A DNA stretch of 64,000 nucleotides from NCBI RefSeq assembly GCF_036321535.1, contig NC_087437.1:82214001-82278000 (forward strand). The letters run 5' to 3'. Each line of letters starts with the position of its first letter. Position 1 is the stretch's first letter. The stretch comes from Camelus dromedarius. Its lineage: Eukaryota. Below the pieces are notes generated by a model, which was not told the origin of the DNA, did not search any database, and was given only the letters and a program-made list of their open reading frames with translations. Positions 51,161 to 64,000 of this stretch are shown piece after piece. The translations under genes and the position numbers were made by a program.

Positions 51161-52419
51161 GATGGCATCAAGAAATACACAAAAAAGGAAAACTTGGTCC
51201 TTCTCTGTGCTTGTTATGGGAAAACCACAATGATATGCTTTGTGTTTTCTGGTGTGGATCAGGAGGGTCAATCTGCGTGGTAGCCTGCACATCAAGTCTT
51301 CCTGCCTGGTTAGTCAGTCGAGATGCAGGGTTATTTGAGCAGATGCGTTTCAATATTGATTTGAGATAAAAAAAAAAGCCCAAATGCATTCTCCTGGTAT
51401 ACACCATTACATACTGACAGTTTTTACTGGCTAGATGAATGAATAATAGGCTGCACCTAATGCTGAATGCACTTAAGAATTGGAGCCACTTGTTTTTGGA
51501 TGCTTTGTGATGCTTGGATACCATCTCAAGATGTCTGGTTCCATCTATTTCCTTTAAAGGCAGACATCTTCCAAGATCACCTTAGAGAGTGTCCATAACA
51601 GCAAGTGGGACAATTTAAAGTTCTACCTTGGTGTTTATATTATTCACGAATTTATTTCCTAAATGTGGATATATAATGGTTGGCCCTGGTAATTTCTGTT
51701 TAGAACCACCACATGGTTTTGTGAGCACACTCAGTGGGCCAATACCAGATCTCTTCATCTCTGGCAGTCCAGTCCACTTGTTTTCCTAGAAGGGAAGTCA
51801 CAATCTTGGAGTTTCACTCCATACATGAGGAAATAGGCAAGTCTATTTGCAAGATAACGTTAAAAACACCACAGCCATTGACATGTGGTTAAATGGGCTT
51901 TAGATCACTACATAAGGGAATGGGAAGATAAATGACCTGTTAAGAAGTGAGACTTAAATTGCTTTTCAAAAAATGGCTAGATCCCATGGTACTCTTATAA
52001 TTTGTTACTTATAGTTTTGGTCCCATTGAATTTTGGAGAAGGAATCTGTGTCACTCTATCTTGGTTTCATCTTATTTTTCCTATTCTCATTTCTTCCATG
52101 TTTTGGTTTCTTCATTCTCCTAGTTTTCAGTTAAACTTTATCTTGTTGTATGTCTTTGCATTCTTTCTGGAACCTTCATTTTTATTGGACTTTCTGTGCT
52201 TGATTAATTATGAGAGTCCCAGGTGGATACTGGGTTCGCATCTGGCTGTGTGGCATGGGAAGAACACAGTTCACGATCAGATAGACTTCCCCATTCCCCA
52301 CTTTCTCTACAACTAGACCAAGAAGGTTTTCTACTGGATATTTCAGAAGATAATTCATATTGCCACACCTGCACCTCTAGGACCAACACAAATACCAACA
52401 TCACCACTCCCTCTCAAGT

Positions 52420-52590
52420 ACAGAGAGTACTTGACGCTTTTCAGGGCATTTCCACATGTATGATCTCATTTCATTTTCATTAGCTGTGATGAGGGTAGGT
52501 CAAGGATGACTTCATCAACCTTGTCGATGAGAAAGGAGATACACTATCCCCATAATTGCTGCCCTAGTGTGTCAGAGAATTCCTGAGGTG
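52420..52590 (-). mobile_element. MIR fragment
   Basis: 'gcatttccacatgtatgatctcatttcattttcattagctgtgatgagggtagg'. Confidence 0.5.
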
Positions 52591-55500
52591 CGTAGGGGTA
52601 AAGAGAATACAGGTCCCTGGCTGGAGAATCCTTGGAACTATGAAGATAGAATTTTTCTCTGTTTTGCTGTTTGTTTTTCTTTGTTTTTGTTTTAAATTTT
52701 GTGAACTTTTGACTCCCTTTCGGCACTCTGCTCTGAGGAAACTTTTCTACCGAGGGAAGTGATATCCACGTGATTTCAGATACTGTCCCACGTGGAGGGC
52801 AATACAATTCAGATGGTTTGATTCAGTATCAGTGTGCCAAATGCATCTGCCTGTGTAAAATAGACTGACTCAATATTAGACCATAACGCAGTTGGGAGAA
52901 AATTGGAGGAAATGTTGAAATTTGATCAAAGCATTTCATTTGTAGCAGAGAATTTTGTACAGATTCGTTAGAAATTCTGAACACAGACAACTCATTGGGG
53001 TGTTTTAGAAACTTCCCTCTGTCCCCAGTATGTATTTGGAAAATTCATATATTCTTGATGTGTGTAGTTTGCACTAAATTTCCATTACTGTTTAGGATTT
53101 TCTTCATTTGATCCTGACATGAAACTACTTTCTCTGGGTGGGTGTAAACAACATGTTGTGGGCAAGCAAAAGTTAAACAGCAGTTATCTGAGTCTATAGA
53201 CTTAGTTTAGTAACCAGAGTTTTTTGCTTCCCTTGAAAGGACATTTGGAGAGAGACAGAGAGGAAAGGGCTTGTGAGTAATGTTGATGAGAATGTCTTCC
53301 AGACAGCATTTCTCTAAAAAGGCATTCCTTTCTAAACCTAATCCATTTTCCCCATGTACCCTGTTCCATTGAAGCAGAGGCATTTGTATTGTGTAAAGGG
53401 AGTGAATGGTACCAAAGAAACTCATTTCCTGATGTCCCAGAATGGCACAGATATATTCAAAGCCATTAAGAGCAGAAATTTCAAAAATAACCAAAGTAAA
53501 AAAATTATGTAAGAGCAATAGAGTCATTGACCTTTGAGCAGTTGCAGGCTGAGTGGCTACAAATGCTTTATAGCATCTGCTTTGACACTAAAAAGAGACA
53601 GTGCAGTGTGGGATGCTGCAGGGCCAATCCAGGGCAGGGGCCCTGACATTCCATAGGTCTCCTCTATGTCCCTGCTGGACGATCAAGGTCAGTGTGGCTG
53701 GGATTCTTGCCTAATGATCAACCAGGGTATTGGGGCCAAGGAATCCTCTTGGGGCAACACTGAACCTTTCAAGACCAAGGGGGCATAACTGGAGGAACCA
53801 GGCTAAAACTTGATCTTTTAGGAAAAGCTGAGAGTCAAACATCCATGTCTTTGTCTCCAATAGATTTTTCAGTGCCTACCATGGTCCCTGGAATACAAAG
53901 TTAGGTTCAATAACCACCTATGAAAAAACCATCAATGCATGAAAATGACAGAGGCACCAGGTAAGTATACGAAGTTTGATGGGTAAAGGGAGGATGGAAG
54001 TAAGGATGTTGTGCTAAGAGTCTGAGAGGGCATCAAAGATGAAAAGATGAAACCTCATAGTGCCAGGTTTTGGATGTATTAGAAGTGGCATAGTGTGAGA
54101 AACAAATACAAGAAAACCAGGAGTGTGTTGAGAGTGTGACTCTAGCCACTCTTATTGAAGTCTAGATGGATTGGTGGCAAACTCCAGATATAAACGTGTG
54201 TTTGTATGTTGACATACACTGGTTAACTCTTCCATAGTATGGAATCAATTCTTCTTGAATGATGTTTGTAATATCCTTGGTTATGCAAGTCCCTTTAGAT
54301 ATTGATTAAAAAGTAAGAAGACCCAAAGGGAATTTCAAATCTTTCATCTCCTATGTAGGTAGTGCTCCTGGGTAAGCAGCACTTTTGTGCACAGATGCAC
54401 AGTAAACCAGAAAGTATTGCATGGCAGGGGAAACCAGCATCAATTTAAAGTTTAACCAGAGACAATTTACATCAGTAGGATAATCATCGTAGATATCTGG
54501 AAGAACTCCTAATTCAAGTGGCAGGCCAAATTGATTCTCTCTGGTCCTTGTTTATCAATGTTTGTCAAGTCCCTCGAGTAAGCTTCAAGAAACAAGAGGT
54601 ATAAAACTTGTGTCATTCTCATAAACTATAATATTGCATTAGTAGTGGTTGTAACTCTGGTTTCTGTTTGTATCATGGGACTGATTTTAGCAAATTCAAC
54701 TTTTGGCAGTTTTCCCATTATTTACATGTTGCTTTAAAGCACATTGGTAATGGAGAATGGGTGGCTTGATTTTCCAAAGATGAGAATAAAAATGTCTGGG
54801 TTATCATGGGACTGACCATGAACACACTTCACTTGTCACCATCTTATTAAATCAATTTCCGAAAAGGAATTGCCAAACTTCTTGGCATGCACATCTGTCA
54901 TCCATTTATGGGAATCATTAGACTATGTAAATGCTGCCTTTTTGTAGTCATCTGTGCTTTCTGTTCACTGGGTGGAGTTACTAAGTAATGTAAATAAGTC
55001 ACAAAGTCTTAGACAAAAAGTTCTTTAGACTGGGGAATAATATAAGGTTTTTTCCCCTTAATTTAATGTGTTTGTTGCTTCCATATGAGTTTTTGTTCAT
55101 GTTCTGGATTACAGCCATTGCCACCATTGTGCAAAAGCCAGAAAAATTTAATCGGGTGTTGCCCACAGGGCTTGTGATTTATTATAGTCTTCAGTTTCCA
55201 CCACTTCTTGCTAAGTCAGTGGACCCAGATGCAGCATACCTCCACTGGAGAGATCTAGGACACGCATGTTCAGAAACATTGTTTTCAAATTAAAACTTGG
55301 TTCTGTCTCTTTAGATGTCTTTAAAGATAAAATCTCCTTTAAAAATGATCTGACTCTCTTAATTAGAAGTTCTCCCAATTCTTTTCCACAAATATTATGT
55401 CTAGTTTTTAGTTTCCTGAAAAACATCTGCCCAGTAATTAATATAGTTTCTTACATTTCTCTAGCTTACATCTATTTGCCAGTATATTTACCCCTTCAGC

Positions 55501-56001
55501 TTTGTAAACAACATTCTGAACAACAATGAAATTTCAGAGCACAGTTGGAAAGAAATGCCATGCAACCCTCTTCCATGTTTTCTTCGATATCTAGCCTCGT
55601 ACTCTCCCAGCTGCTTCCTTGGTTGACAGCTTTTTTTTTTTTCACTCTTCTCTCTCTTTTTAGCCTTTTGTATACAGACTTTTGTCAATACCTGTTGATT
55701 TGGCCAACATCTCATTTACCCACCCATTCATTCAGCTTGTATTTATGGAGCCTCTATTTTGTACACGCAAAGGGTTAATCTCAGGGCACCATGGGCCTGG
55801 CTGTCTACACCATTCCCTACTACCACCAAATCATTTCTCATTTAGACCACTGAATTTGCCACTTATGAGTCTCAGAACAAGAGCCATTGTACACAGGCTG
55901 GCCTGCTGTAGTTCAGAGTGCATTTAAATGGAGCCATTATCCTGTCCAGTCTCACACTCTTGATACCTTGACTCTTCCTCATTCTTAATACTTGGCTACA
56001 T

Positions 56002-56481
56002 TGGTAGGCAGAATAATGGCCATCTCAATATGGCCACGTCCTAATCCCCAGATCCTGTGACTATGTCACCTAGAATGGCAAGAGAGATGTTGCAAGTGTG
56101 ATTAAGTTAGGAACAGTTAGATGGGGAGATCATTTTGGATTATCTGAATGAGCCCAGTAGAATCACATGAGTCTCTAAAAGCAGAGAACCTTTCCTAGCT
56201 ATGTTCAGAGAAAGGTGTCACAGAAGAAGGATCAGAGAGCGGCTACCTAGCTGACTTTGAAAACGAAGGAAGCGGGCCTTGTGCTAGGAGTTCTCTAGAC
56301 GCTGGGAGAGGTAAGAAAATGGATCAGCCCCTCGAGCCCCAGAAAGGACTGGTGATCCCTTGACTTTACACAGTGAGATCCAGGTCAGACTTCTAATTTA
56401 GAGGTCTGTAAGGTAAATTTGCCTTGTTATAAGCCACTAAATTTGTGGTACTTGATGTGGCGGCAATAGAAAACTAATATG
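56002..56481 (+). mobile_element. MLT1 (MLT1D/E-like) solo LTR
   Basis: 'tggtaggcagaataatggcc...cacgtcctaatccccag...aagccactaaatttgtggta...gcggcaatagaaaactaata'. Confidence 0.88.
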
Positions 56482-56865
56482 GCTCCCTTCACAGCCCTGG
56501 ATATTTGTACCTCTCAGGTTGACTTTGGCATCTCCTGCCTACTAGCCTCTCTGTGTTGACCTCAGTTATCTACCTTCAGCCCTTCTTGCACCTGAAAGTG
56601 GAGACACTATCCAGGCCTTGATATCTGCTGTCAATTGTTCATTCCTCAGTTTTTAGTGTCTTTTCTGCCAATAGTTTCTCTGGGATTAACATAACTATCT
56701 TTTTTCCCTCCTGTAGTACTTTCCTCCTTCAATATACCTTCTACTCTAGACTAGGTTTCAAGGCTTTGTATTATCTGACCCCTCTCTTCCTCAGTTCCCT
56801 ATAGTGAAGCATGTTCCTATTAAATAGTACTTCTTGCTATTTTTACACATAATCTTGACTTTAAA

Positions 56866-57190
56866 GATGTGAATCCATCAGGACAGGCTAAGTCATCATA
56901 TAGAAACAAAAACAGCCTCAGAAGATTAGTGACTTATGAAATATGCATGTGGGTCTGTTGAGACACAGTTCCTCATGTGCCTGATGGAGCAGCTCCATCT
57001 CAGCAGTTGTTGGTCTCGATGCAGTGGAAAGGACCTGTAAGTGAGATCAGCACTTATGCTCAATCCAGAAGTAACATCTGTCTCCTTGACTTCCAGCCCA
57101 TTATCCAGAACTAGCCACATGGTCCCACCCAAAAGAACTGAAGAGTATAACTTATCATTTGTGTGGAAGATGGCCACTACCATCAGTCTA
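56866..57190 (-). mobile_element. Old MLT1 (MLT1I/J-like) LTR fragment
   Basis: 'tccatcaggacaggctaag', 'ccagaagtaacatctgtc', 'ccagaactagccacatggtcccaccc'. Confidence 0.65.
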
Positions 57191-57714
57191 TAATCCTCTG
57201 CAAGGATTGGAGAATAGCTTCACATCTGTGACATCTGTCCATAGCTGTGCTCTCCTGCAAAAGAGGTTCCTTGCATGCACCTGGTCATGGAATGATAAAG
57301 TGGTTATTTTTCTGTGTCCCCAGTTTATACCTCCAGTGATTATAAAAACTTTAAAGGGAAGAAAATGTTCGTTTACTCAATCACCACAATCATGCCTGGA
57401 ACTCCCACTGAATGCAAAGTACACTTAGATGTTTGGGAACCATGCTGATGAACTATATATCTCACAGGGATACAATGTCCACTGGGTATAGGCAGGGGCT
57501 CTGGGGTAAACTGCTGTTCCCAACTCAGGCAGTCATGCAGGAGGTGATCAGGAAGTCAAGTGGGACAAAAAAGGAAGTGCATTGGGTTTATTAATTTTTG
57601 TCCAGCCTTTGCACTGGCTTTTGAAGATAAGTTTGTTCTAGTTTACACCACAACTTCTGAAAGACTTGCAGGGATTAATTTTATGGACTTTGAAAACTAT
57701 CTAAGGAACTGTTA

Positions 57715-57938
57715 TGTTAGAGTGGGGAAAATATATGCTTTGGAATTAGGCACTTCTGAGCAGGCTTCTCAGGTCTGTCCTATGTTACTCTGTAATCTTG
57801 GGAAAATTACTTAATTTCTCTGAGACTTGGTTTCCTCATTTGTAAAATGAGTCATAGATTCCTCGAGAGATTAATGAAAAGAGAAAATGTGCTTATGCTG
57901 GTGTCTGGCACAACGAGGCTCTAAATAAACACTGGTTT
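57715..57938 (+). mobile_element. MIR SINE
   Basis: 'tgtaatcttgggaaaattacttaatttctctgagacttggtttcctcatttgtaaaatgag'. Confidence 0.85.
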
Positions 57939-58075
57939 CCTTCAGTCTCCCTCGTGAGACACAATAGGTACTAATATTTCGTTTCACTTTATATTAGGTT
58001 CTATATAGAACAATTAAAAATTGTTTTGTAAAGATTACTTTGCGTAAGTGTGGCCATGCTATGTAGTTTCCTTTT

Positions 58076-58942
58076 TTTTTTTTATTTCTCATTGTGATTT
58101 AATTCACATGCTATAACATTCAGGCTTTTAAAGTATACAGTTCAGTGATTGTTACTATGTTTACAAAGTTATGCAACCAACACCACTATTTAATTCCATA
58201 ACATTTCATCACCCCAAAAGAAAACCCACAGCTTCAGCAGTCACCAGCCATTTTATTCTTCTCTTAGCCCTCGAAAACCACTAATTTACTTTCTGTCTCT
58301 ATGGAATTGCTTGTTCTGGATATTTCATATAAATGGGATTATACATGTGTGGTCTTTTGTGTCTGGATCTTTTCACTTATCATAATGTTTTCAAGGTTCA
58401 TATGTGTTTTGGTATCTGTCAGTACATCATACTACCTTTTAATTGCCAAGCAATGTTCCATTGCATGGATTTACCACTTTTCATTTACCCATTCATCAAC
58501 TGATGGACATTTGAGTTGTTTTCACTGTTTGGACATTATGAATAACGCTGCTGTGAACATTGATGTACATGTTTTGTGTGGTCACATGTTTTCATTTCTT
58601 TTGGGTATATCCTAGGAGTGGAGTTTCTAGGTCTTATAGTAACTCCATGTTAACTGTTTGAGGGACTGCCAGACTTTCTCCAAAGTGGTGGCACTATTTT
58701 ACATTCCCACAAACAATAAATAAGGGTTCCAATTTCCCCAAATCCTAGTCAACACTTGTTATTGCCTTTTTAAAATTACGACCTTATTGTCTGTCTTTCT
58801 GATTCTAGCCATGCTAGGGGTGTGAAGTAGTATCTCACTGTGGTTTTGATTCACATTTCCACAATGACTAACGATGTTCAACATCTTTTCGTATGCTTAT
58901 TAGCCTTTTATATATCTTCTTTGGAGAAATATCTATTTAAAG
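58076..58942 (-). mobile_element. 5'-truncated L1 (L1MB/MC-like)
   Basis: T-tail, 'aacatttcatcaccccaaaagaaaaccc', 'tgatggacatttgagttgttt', 'tcttctttggagaaatatctatt'; degenerate TSD gtagtttcctttt / gcagtttcttttc. Confidence 0.9.
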
Positions 58943-59084
58943 CAGTTTCTTTTCTTTTTATACCATCTCTTCTTGTTTTAAATTTTGCTTTTTTGTTTCT
59001 TTATATCACTAGACTTTCTGATTGATCCCAGTTGGACACAGAAGTAGTGTTTGAGTGAGGTATGAATTCCTTACCTGCAAGCTA

Positions 59085-59450
59085 TTGAAAGTAAGAACAC
59101 TGAGCTGTGAGCCTGAGAGCTGGGACCTAGCCCTGCTTTGCCACAAGTGTCTGTGAGACCTTGGACAAGTAGCTGTAACCTTAGCGTCCTCATCCTGTTC
59201 AACTGGGTTAATTCCTCTCAATCTACAAAACACAGTGTTGAGCACCCGTTATGTGTCAAATGTAGTGCAAGATTCTTGGAAACAGATGAGTAAGACTTGG
59301 TTCCTCTGCCTGATGTGTCTTGACATCTAGACATATTTAAATGGATACTACAGTATAACAAGATGCAATCACAGGGAAGAGAATCACATACTGTGTAAGC
59401 TGACTGCCCCGAGGCCATCTGAAGAGGCTTCATGAAAGAGGGTCTCTGAA
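59085..59450. mobile_element. MIR fragment (+) abutting an L2 fragment (-)
   Basis: 'ctgtgagaccttggacaagtagctgtaacc'; 'gttgagcacccgttatgtgtcaaatg...taagacttggttcctctgcc'. Confidence 0.6.
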
Positions 59451-59964
59451 GTGTCTTCCCACATTAAAATTCCCTGAATCCAGGATATCCTTCTCTTTCA
59501 GTGTGCATATTTTATTGTATTAAATGGAAAGATTATATTGCTTATCAAAATTTGTAGACCTACAGTTATTAATATTTATTGAGTTCATTAGAAAAACTGA
59601 CTAATAGCATCCTCCCCAGTTCTTGACACTCTGGGATGGAAACAAGCTTTGTCTTTGCATCTAAGTCCCTAGTGTACACTGGATGAGTGAATTATTTTAG
59701 AATGAAGGTGAATTTATGGTTACATTTTGGATGCCTTAACTATAATTTTTCCTTTTACACTTGAGCCCCAAATAAGAAGATTCACTTTTAGGATAGTTTA
59801 ATCCTTAGTAGGAAAAATTCGGCTTCCTAATGGAGAGTTCTATAATGCTCTTTGATAACGAGTTGGTTATCATTCCCTCTTACCTGGTTCCAAAGTTCTT
59901 TACACATTTAGCCAAATTGGCTACACATTGTTCCTTTTCCTCCTGTATTACAAGATCCTTTTAG

Positions 59965-60135
59965 ATTTAAAGATTTAGGGAGTCTGCAGATGGAGGGAAG
60001 CTTTGAGATCTTTTAAAATTTCAACCCTTCATTTTATAGAAGAGGAACTAGGCATCATGTCAAATGATCTTGGCAAGTCCAAGATCCAGGCATTCGGTCT
60101 CTCCCTCAACAGTTTTCCTTTCTATTCCACGTCTT
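59965..60135 (-). mobile_element. MIR3-like fragment
   Basis: 'gatggagggaagctttgagatc...caacccttcattttatagaagaggaact'. Confidence 0.65.
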
Positions 60136-60297
60136 CTCTCTTTCAAAAAAAAAAAAAAAATCAACAAGTTAAAACCAAATAAGGGGTCTGAACAAAAATA
60201 AATCTGTAATATACATTAAATTGACTGGAGGTATGCAAGAAAGTATTTTGAGCTCCCAAATTCCTTGATAGACTTCAAAAAAGGTCTTCCTTAAAGT

Positions 60298-60646
60298 AAT
60301 TATTTTAGTCAGCTAGGGCTACTGAAACAAAATATTATAGGATGGGTGACTTTAACAACAGAAACTTACTTTCTTGCATTTCAGGAGGCTAGAAGTCTGA
60401 GATCAGGGTACCTGAATGGTCAGATTCAGACTTGCAGATGGCTGCCTTTTTGCTGTATCCTGTATCCTTTTCCTGTATCCTTGCAGAGATCTCTTTCTTC
60501 TTCCTCTTCTTATAAGGCCACTAATCTTATTGGATTAGGAACCCTCCCTATGATCTCATTTAACTTTCATTACCTCCCCAAAGCCCTATCTCCAAATACA
60601 GCTTCAATATATGAATTGGGAGGAGGGCACAATTCAGTCCTTAGCA
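60298..60646 (-). mobile_element. MLT1 (MLT1A/B-like) solo LTR
   Basis: 'ttagtcagctagggct...aacaacagaaacttactttct...ggaggctagaagtctgagatcagg...gcacaattcagtccttagca'. Confidence 0.88.
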
Positions 60647-61534
60647 CTAATGGATTCATTCTTTAGTTTAACATTTTTCTTCCTTCCCTCCCTCATTATC
60701 TCTCATGCTTTCTCTCTGACTCATTGGGAATATTAGGGGGTGAGGTAATTATAGAATTTTGGAAGAATTTTTTTTGACTGAGACATATTGTGTGTGTGTG
60801 TATGTAGTAAGTAAAATACATATTACTATTTACTAACCAAAGTTTAAATTTTGTTTCCAATCACCCCTTGAATTGCTAACATGGAAACGAATTAAACCAG
60901 AGATCATAAAATTTATTGTTGGAGTAAGTGAGCATTGGCCTTATTATTATAAGTGTTCAGACAAGATATGGCTTAGATGAATATCTGTCAGGGATAGGCC
61001 AGCAGAGATTCCAATATTGGGTGGGAATTGGAAAAGATAACCTTGGCAATTACTTCCAACTTTAAGAGTTTATGATTATCAGCAGAATATTAGATGGGTT
61101 TGAGTTTTGTCTCCTCTTGTCTACTGAACACCCTTGATTGCAAGTGCTAACAAACAGTGAAATGCCCCCACATGCAACTGCAAGGTCCAAAGCTAGTTTT
61201 CTGGGAAATCCACTATCAAAATTGAGAGTTGGCTGCATTGTGTTGGTTGATGAGTAATGATGATTTTGGAATATTAATACACTAGAGCTGGAAAGGGAAG
61301 ATACTGTTGCCACGCAAGGAGTAATGGTTAACAAAGTGAGAGTAGCAATGAAACAGCTGCTGATGACAGAGGGCTTTATGTAAAAGGGATTGCTAACATC
61401 ATTTATTATATTTGTTCAATTTGACATAAAGGAAATGTAAGGAACATTAACTAACGTCTTTGAAACAAATATCATAGCTTACCTTTCCAAATGGTAGCTA
61501 TATATTATTTCACAAATCTATGAAGTCCTTGGGA

Positions 61535-61630
61535 AGGGGTGTCATGTTCTAGAAATGTTTCTGCTCTCAGCATGTAGCACAATGCCTAGCACATAGGAGC
61601 CATTTGGCAACTACTGAATGAATTATTTAA
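61535..61630 (+). mobile_element. L2 3' end
   Basis: 'tagcacaatgcctagcacataggagc...ctgaatgaat'. Confidence 0.7.
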
Positions 61631-61689
61631 TGACTAAATCTAAATAATATGAGTTACTTATTTCCTGTATTTATTAAAATTTTTTTCTT

Positions 61690-62725
61690 TTCTTGATTGT
61701 TTTCTTGAGAGCTCTGTTGAGTTATAATTGACTACAGTAACCTGCACATATTTATAGTGCATATATACAATCATATACGATTTGATACAGTTAGACATGT
61801 ACACCCATGAAACCATCAGCATAATTGAGATAGTGAACATATACATCACCCCAAGAAGTTTCTTTATGCTCCTTCATAATCCCTTTCTCCTGCCCCTGTC
61901 CACATACCTTCTCCCCACAAACTACTGACCTTTCAGTCACTATCAATTAGATTTCATTTCCTTGAGTTTTATATGAAAGGAATCATACGATGTATGCTCT
62001 TTTTGTATGGCTTTTTTCACTTGGTGTAATTATTTTGCAATTTACCCATGTTGTTGTGTGTGTTAATAGTTCTTTTCACTTCTTTTTTTTTTTTTTTAAA
62101 TTCACTGGTTATTTTTGCTGAGTAGTAATTCATTATATGGATATACTACAGTTTGCTTAGTTACTCACCTATTGATGATTTGGGTTTCTCCTTTTTTTGG
62201 CATTAAAAATAAAGATACTCTGAATGATGTATCTTGTTCATAGTGTACATAGTGAACTATGTACAAATCTCTCTATAGGTCCATATGCTTTCTTTTCTCT
62301 TGGGTAAATACCTAGGAGTAGAATGACTATGTGGCATGATGCTTAAATATAGTATATTTTTAAATTTTTAAGAAACTGCGGAACTATTTTCTAAAGTGAC
62401 TGTACCACTTTACAGTCTCATCAGCAGTTTATGGATGCTGCAGTTTCTAAATATCTTCACCAACACTTGGTATGGACAGTCTTCCTAATTTTAGCTGTTG
62501 TAATAGGTATGTAGTATCCCACTGTGGTTATTTTTCACTTCTCTGATATTTAATTATGGCAAGCAGCTTTTTATGTGCTTATTTGCCATCCATATATCTC
62601 CTTGGTGAAGTATCTGTTCAAATTTTTCATCTGTTTTAAAAAACTGAGTTGTTTTTTAAATTGTATTTTGTCTTTTTGTATTCTGGATATGAGGTCTTTG
62701 TCAGATATATGCTTTATAACCATTC
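61690..62725 (-). mobile_element. Old L1 (L1MC-like) 3' fragment
   Basis: 'ttgagttataattgactacagtaacctgcacatattt', 'cttgggtaaatacctaggagtagaat', 'ttggtgaagtatctgttcaaat'. Confidence 0.88.
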
Positions 62726-63049
62726 TGTGCATTTTGATTTGTGAAGTTATGAATGTAGTCCTAAGTACTCTATAAATACATAAAATAGTACTTAATAATA
62801 CTTAAAACTAAGCTTATAAAAATAATGCTGAAAACAAATGAAGATCAGTGCTATCTTAAGAATACGGTCAATAGGAGGTCAAGTTAGGCTTTCAGGTTCT
62901 CATTTGATTACCTTTGGTTTTTCTATTGCTAAGCATTTTGCTCATATGTTCCTTCTCAGTATGGTGATAATTATCTGTCTTACCTATACAGAGCAGTTAG
63001 AAATGTAAAACATACTTTTTGTTATCAGATTATCCTACTTTCTTAATAT

Positions 63050-64000
63050 AATCTTTACATTTTTGTCAAGGTAATGGATACACGTGGTTAGATAACACAA
63101 TATATATAGACAAGGCTTATAAAGATCATAAACAATTCTTTGATCTTTCCCTCACCTATCACCACTCTAAGTGACAATCACTTTCAACTCTTTTAGCTAC
63201 TTCTTCTAGTAATTGCTTCCGTATTTCTAATTGTTCTTATATAGGGTTATCTATTTTAGCCTTTATCCATTGATTCGCTTTTATGATAAAGGAAGATTTA
63301 GATCTTTTACATGCCTGCATCCATGCAGCCCCTCAGTTTTAGTTAAATCAGCAGACAGTGGTTGTACCAGTAATAATGCAAAGTAGCAATAACATAAATA
63401 ATGCAAGTATTTCCACTGTTCTTTAACAATGTATTGTGGATCCATTTACTTTCTTGTGCATCTTTCTATTTTCCTTTGAGTTAATTATTTATTTTATGCT
63501 ACACAGTTTTCTTGTACCTATTCTTTCTGTTTCTCATTTGCTCTGTCAGATTGGTCATATACCCATCAGTATATTTTCCCAAATGCTGAAACATTTTGAC
63601 TAATATATTAATTTTTTTCTCTTTTGGAACCTTCCTCCTTGAGATCCCTGTACTTCTGCTCCATTCTAGACTTGTTATTCTTCAAGCCTTCTGCATAGCT
63701 GATATTCTGGGTTTTACCTCCATGTTAGTTTTTCTATGTTCAGTGTCCATGTCTTTCATCTTGTCTTTTACCCTTTGGCTGGAGCATATCCTCTAGCAGC
63801 TTCCCAAAGAAGAACGCAAGGAAAGCAAAACTTATTTTTCCTTTATCCTTGATTGGAATTTTGCTAGATATGGAATTCTGGGTTGAAAATAATCTTCCTT
63901 TTAGGACTTTGAAGTAATTTTTCTCACTGTTTTTTTAGCATCTGATGTACCTCTTGAGAATTTGAATACAATTTTTAATTCTTTTACATGTGCTCCCCCG
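63050..64000 (-). mobile_element. Ancient L1ME/HAL1-type remnant running off the window
   Basis: 'gacaatcactttcaactcttttagct', 'ttttgctagatatggaattctgggttgaaaataat'. Confidence 0.6.

Noticed and set aside
1..64000. ORF-track ORFs (60-164 aa) as standalone genes
   Set aside because: Many use non-ATG starts, lie in L1/L2/MIR/MLT remnants or low-complexity DNA, and none resembles a protein family I recognise. This is the expected chance background for mammalian noncoding DNA.
1..64000. CRISPR array, prokaryotic operon, viral or other foreign insert
   Set aside because: No regularly spaced repeats, long ORFs or compositionally foreign block; CpG depletion and eutherian repeats run throughout.
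1..64000. Known microRNA hairpin hosted by the candidate lncRNA
   Set aside because: I saw no match to conserved mature miRNAs I can recall; a miRBase/Rfam search is needed to exclude this formally.

Overview
This is AT-rich mammalian genomic DNA, most likely camelid (camel, alpaca or llama). The evidence is three tRNA-Ala-derived SINEs that match the camelid vic-1 family as I recall it, plus a cetartiodactyl-type Tigger MITE. I see no recognisable protein-coding exon, RNA gene or prokaryotic system, and the ORF track is almost all chance ORFs and repeat fragments. Much of the window is decayed interspersed repeats (MIR, L2, L1, MLT1, MER3/5/20, Tigger). Subfamily names come from recalled consensus motifs and repeat boundaries are approximate. 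The one clear genic landmark is a CpG-rich, GC-box-containing promoter region at ~44.2-45.15 kb with splice donors pointing both ways; I could not identify the gene. Best leads: (1) a minus-strand three-exon model (CATAAAA box; exons 44228-~44300, 41720-41758 and 40223 downward) that splices in frame to a 59-aa hydrophobic micropeptide candidate; (2) a ~45-bp templated copy of nearby DNA inserted into a MIR with patchwork junctions; (3) a TSD-bounded chimeric L1; (4) an L1 with a probable 3' transduction; (5) several motif-dense candidate enhancers.
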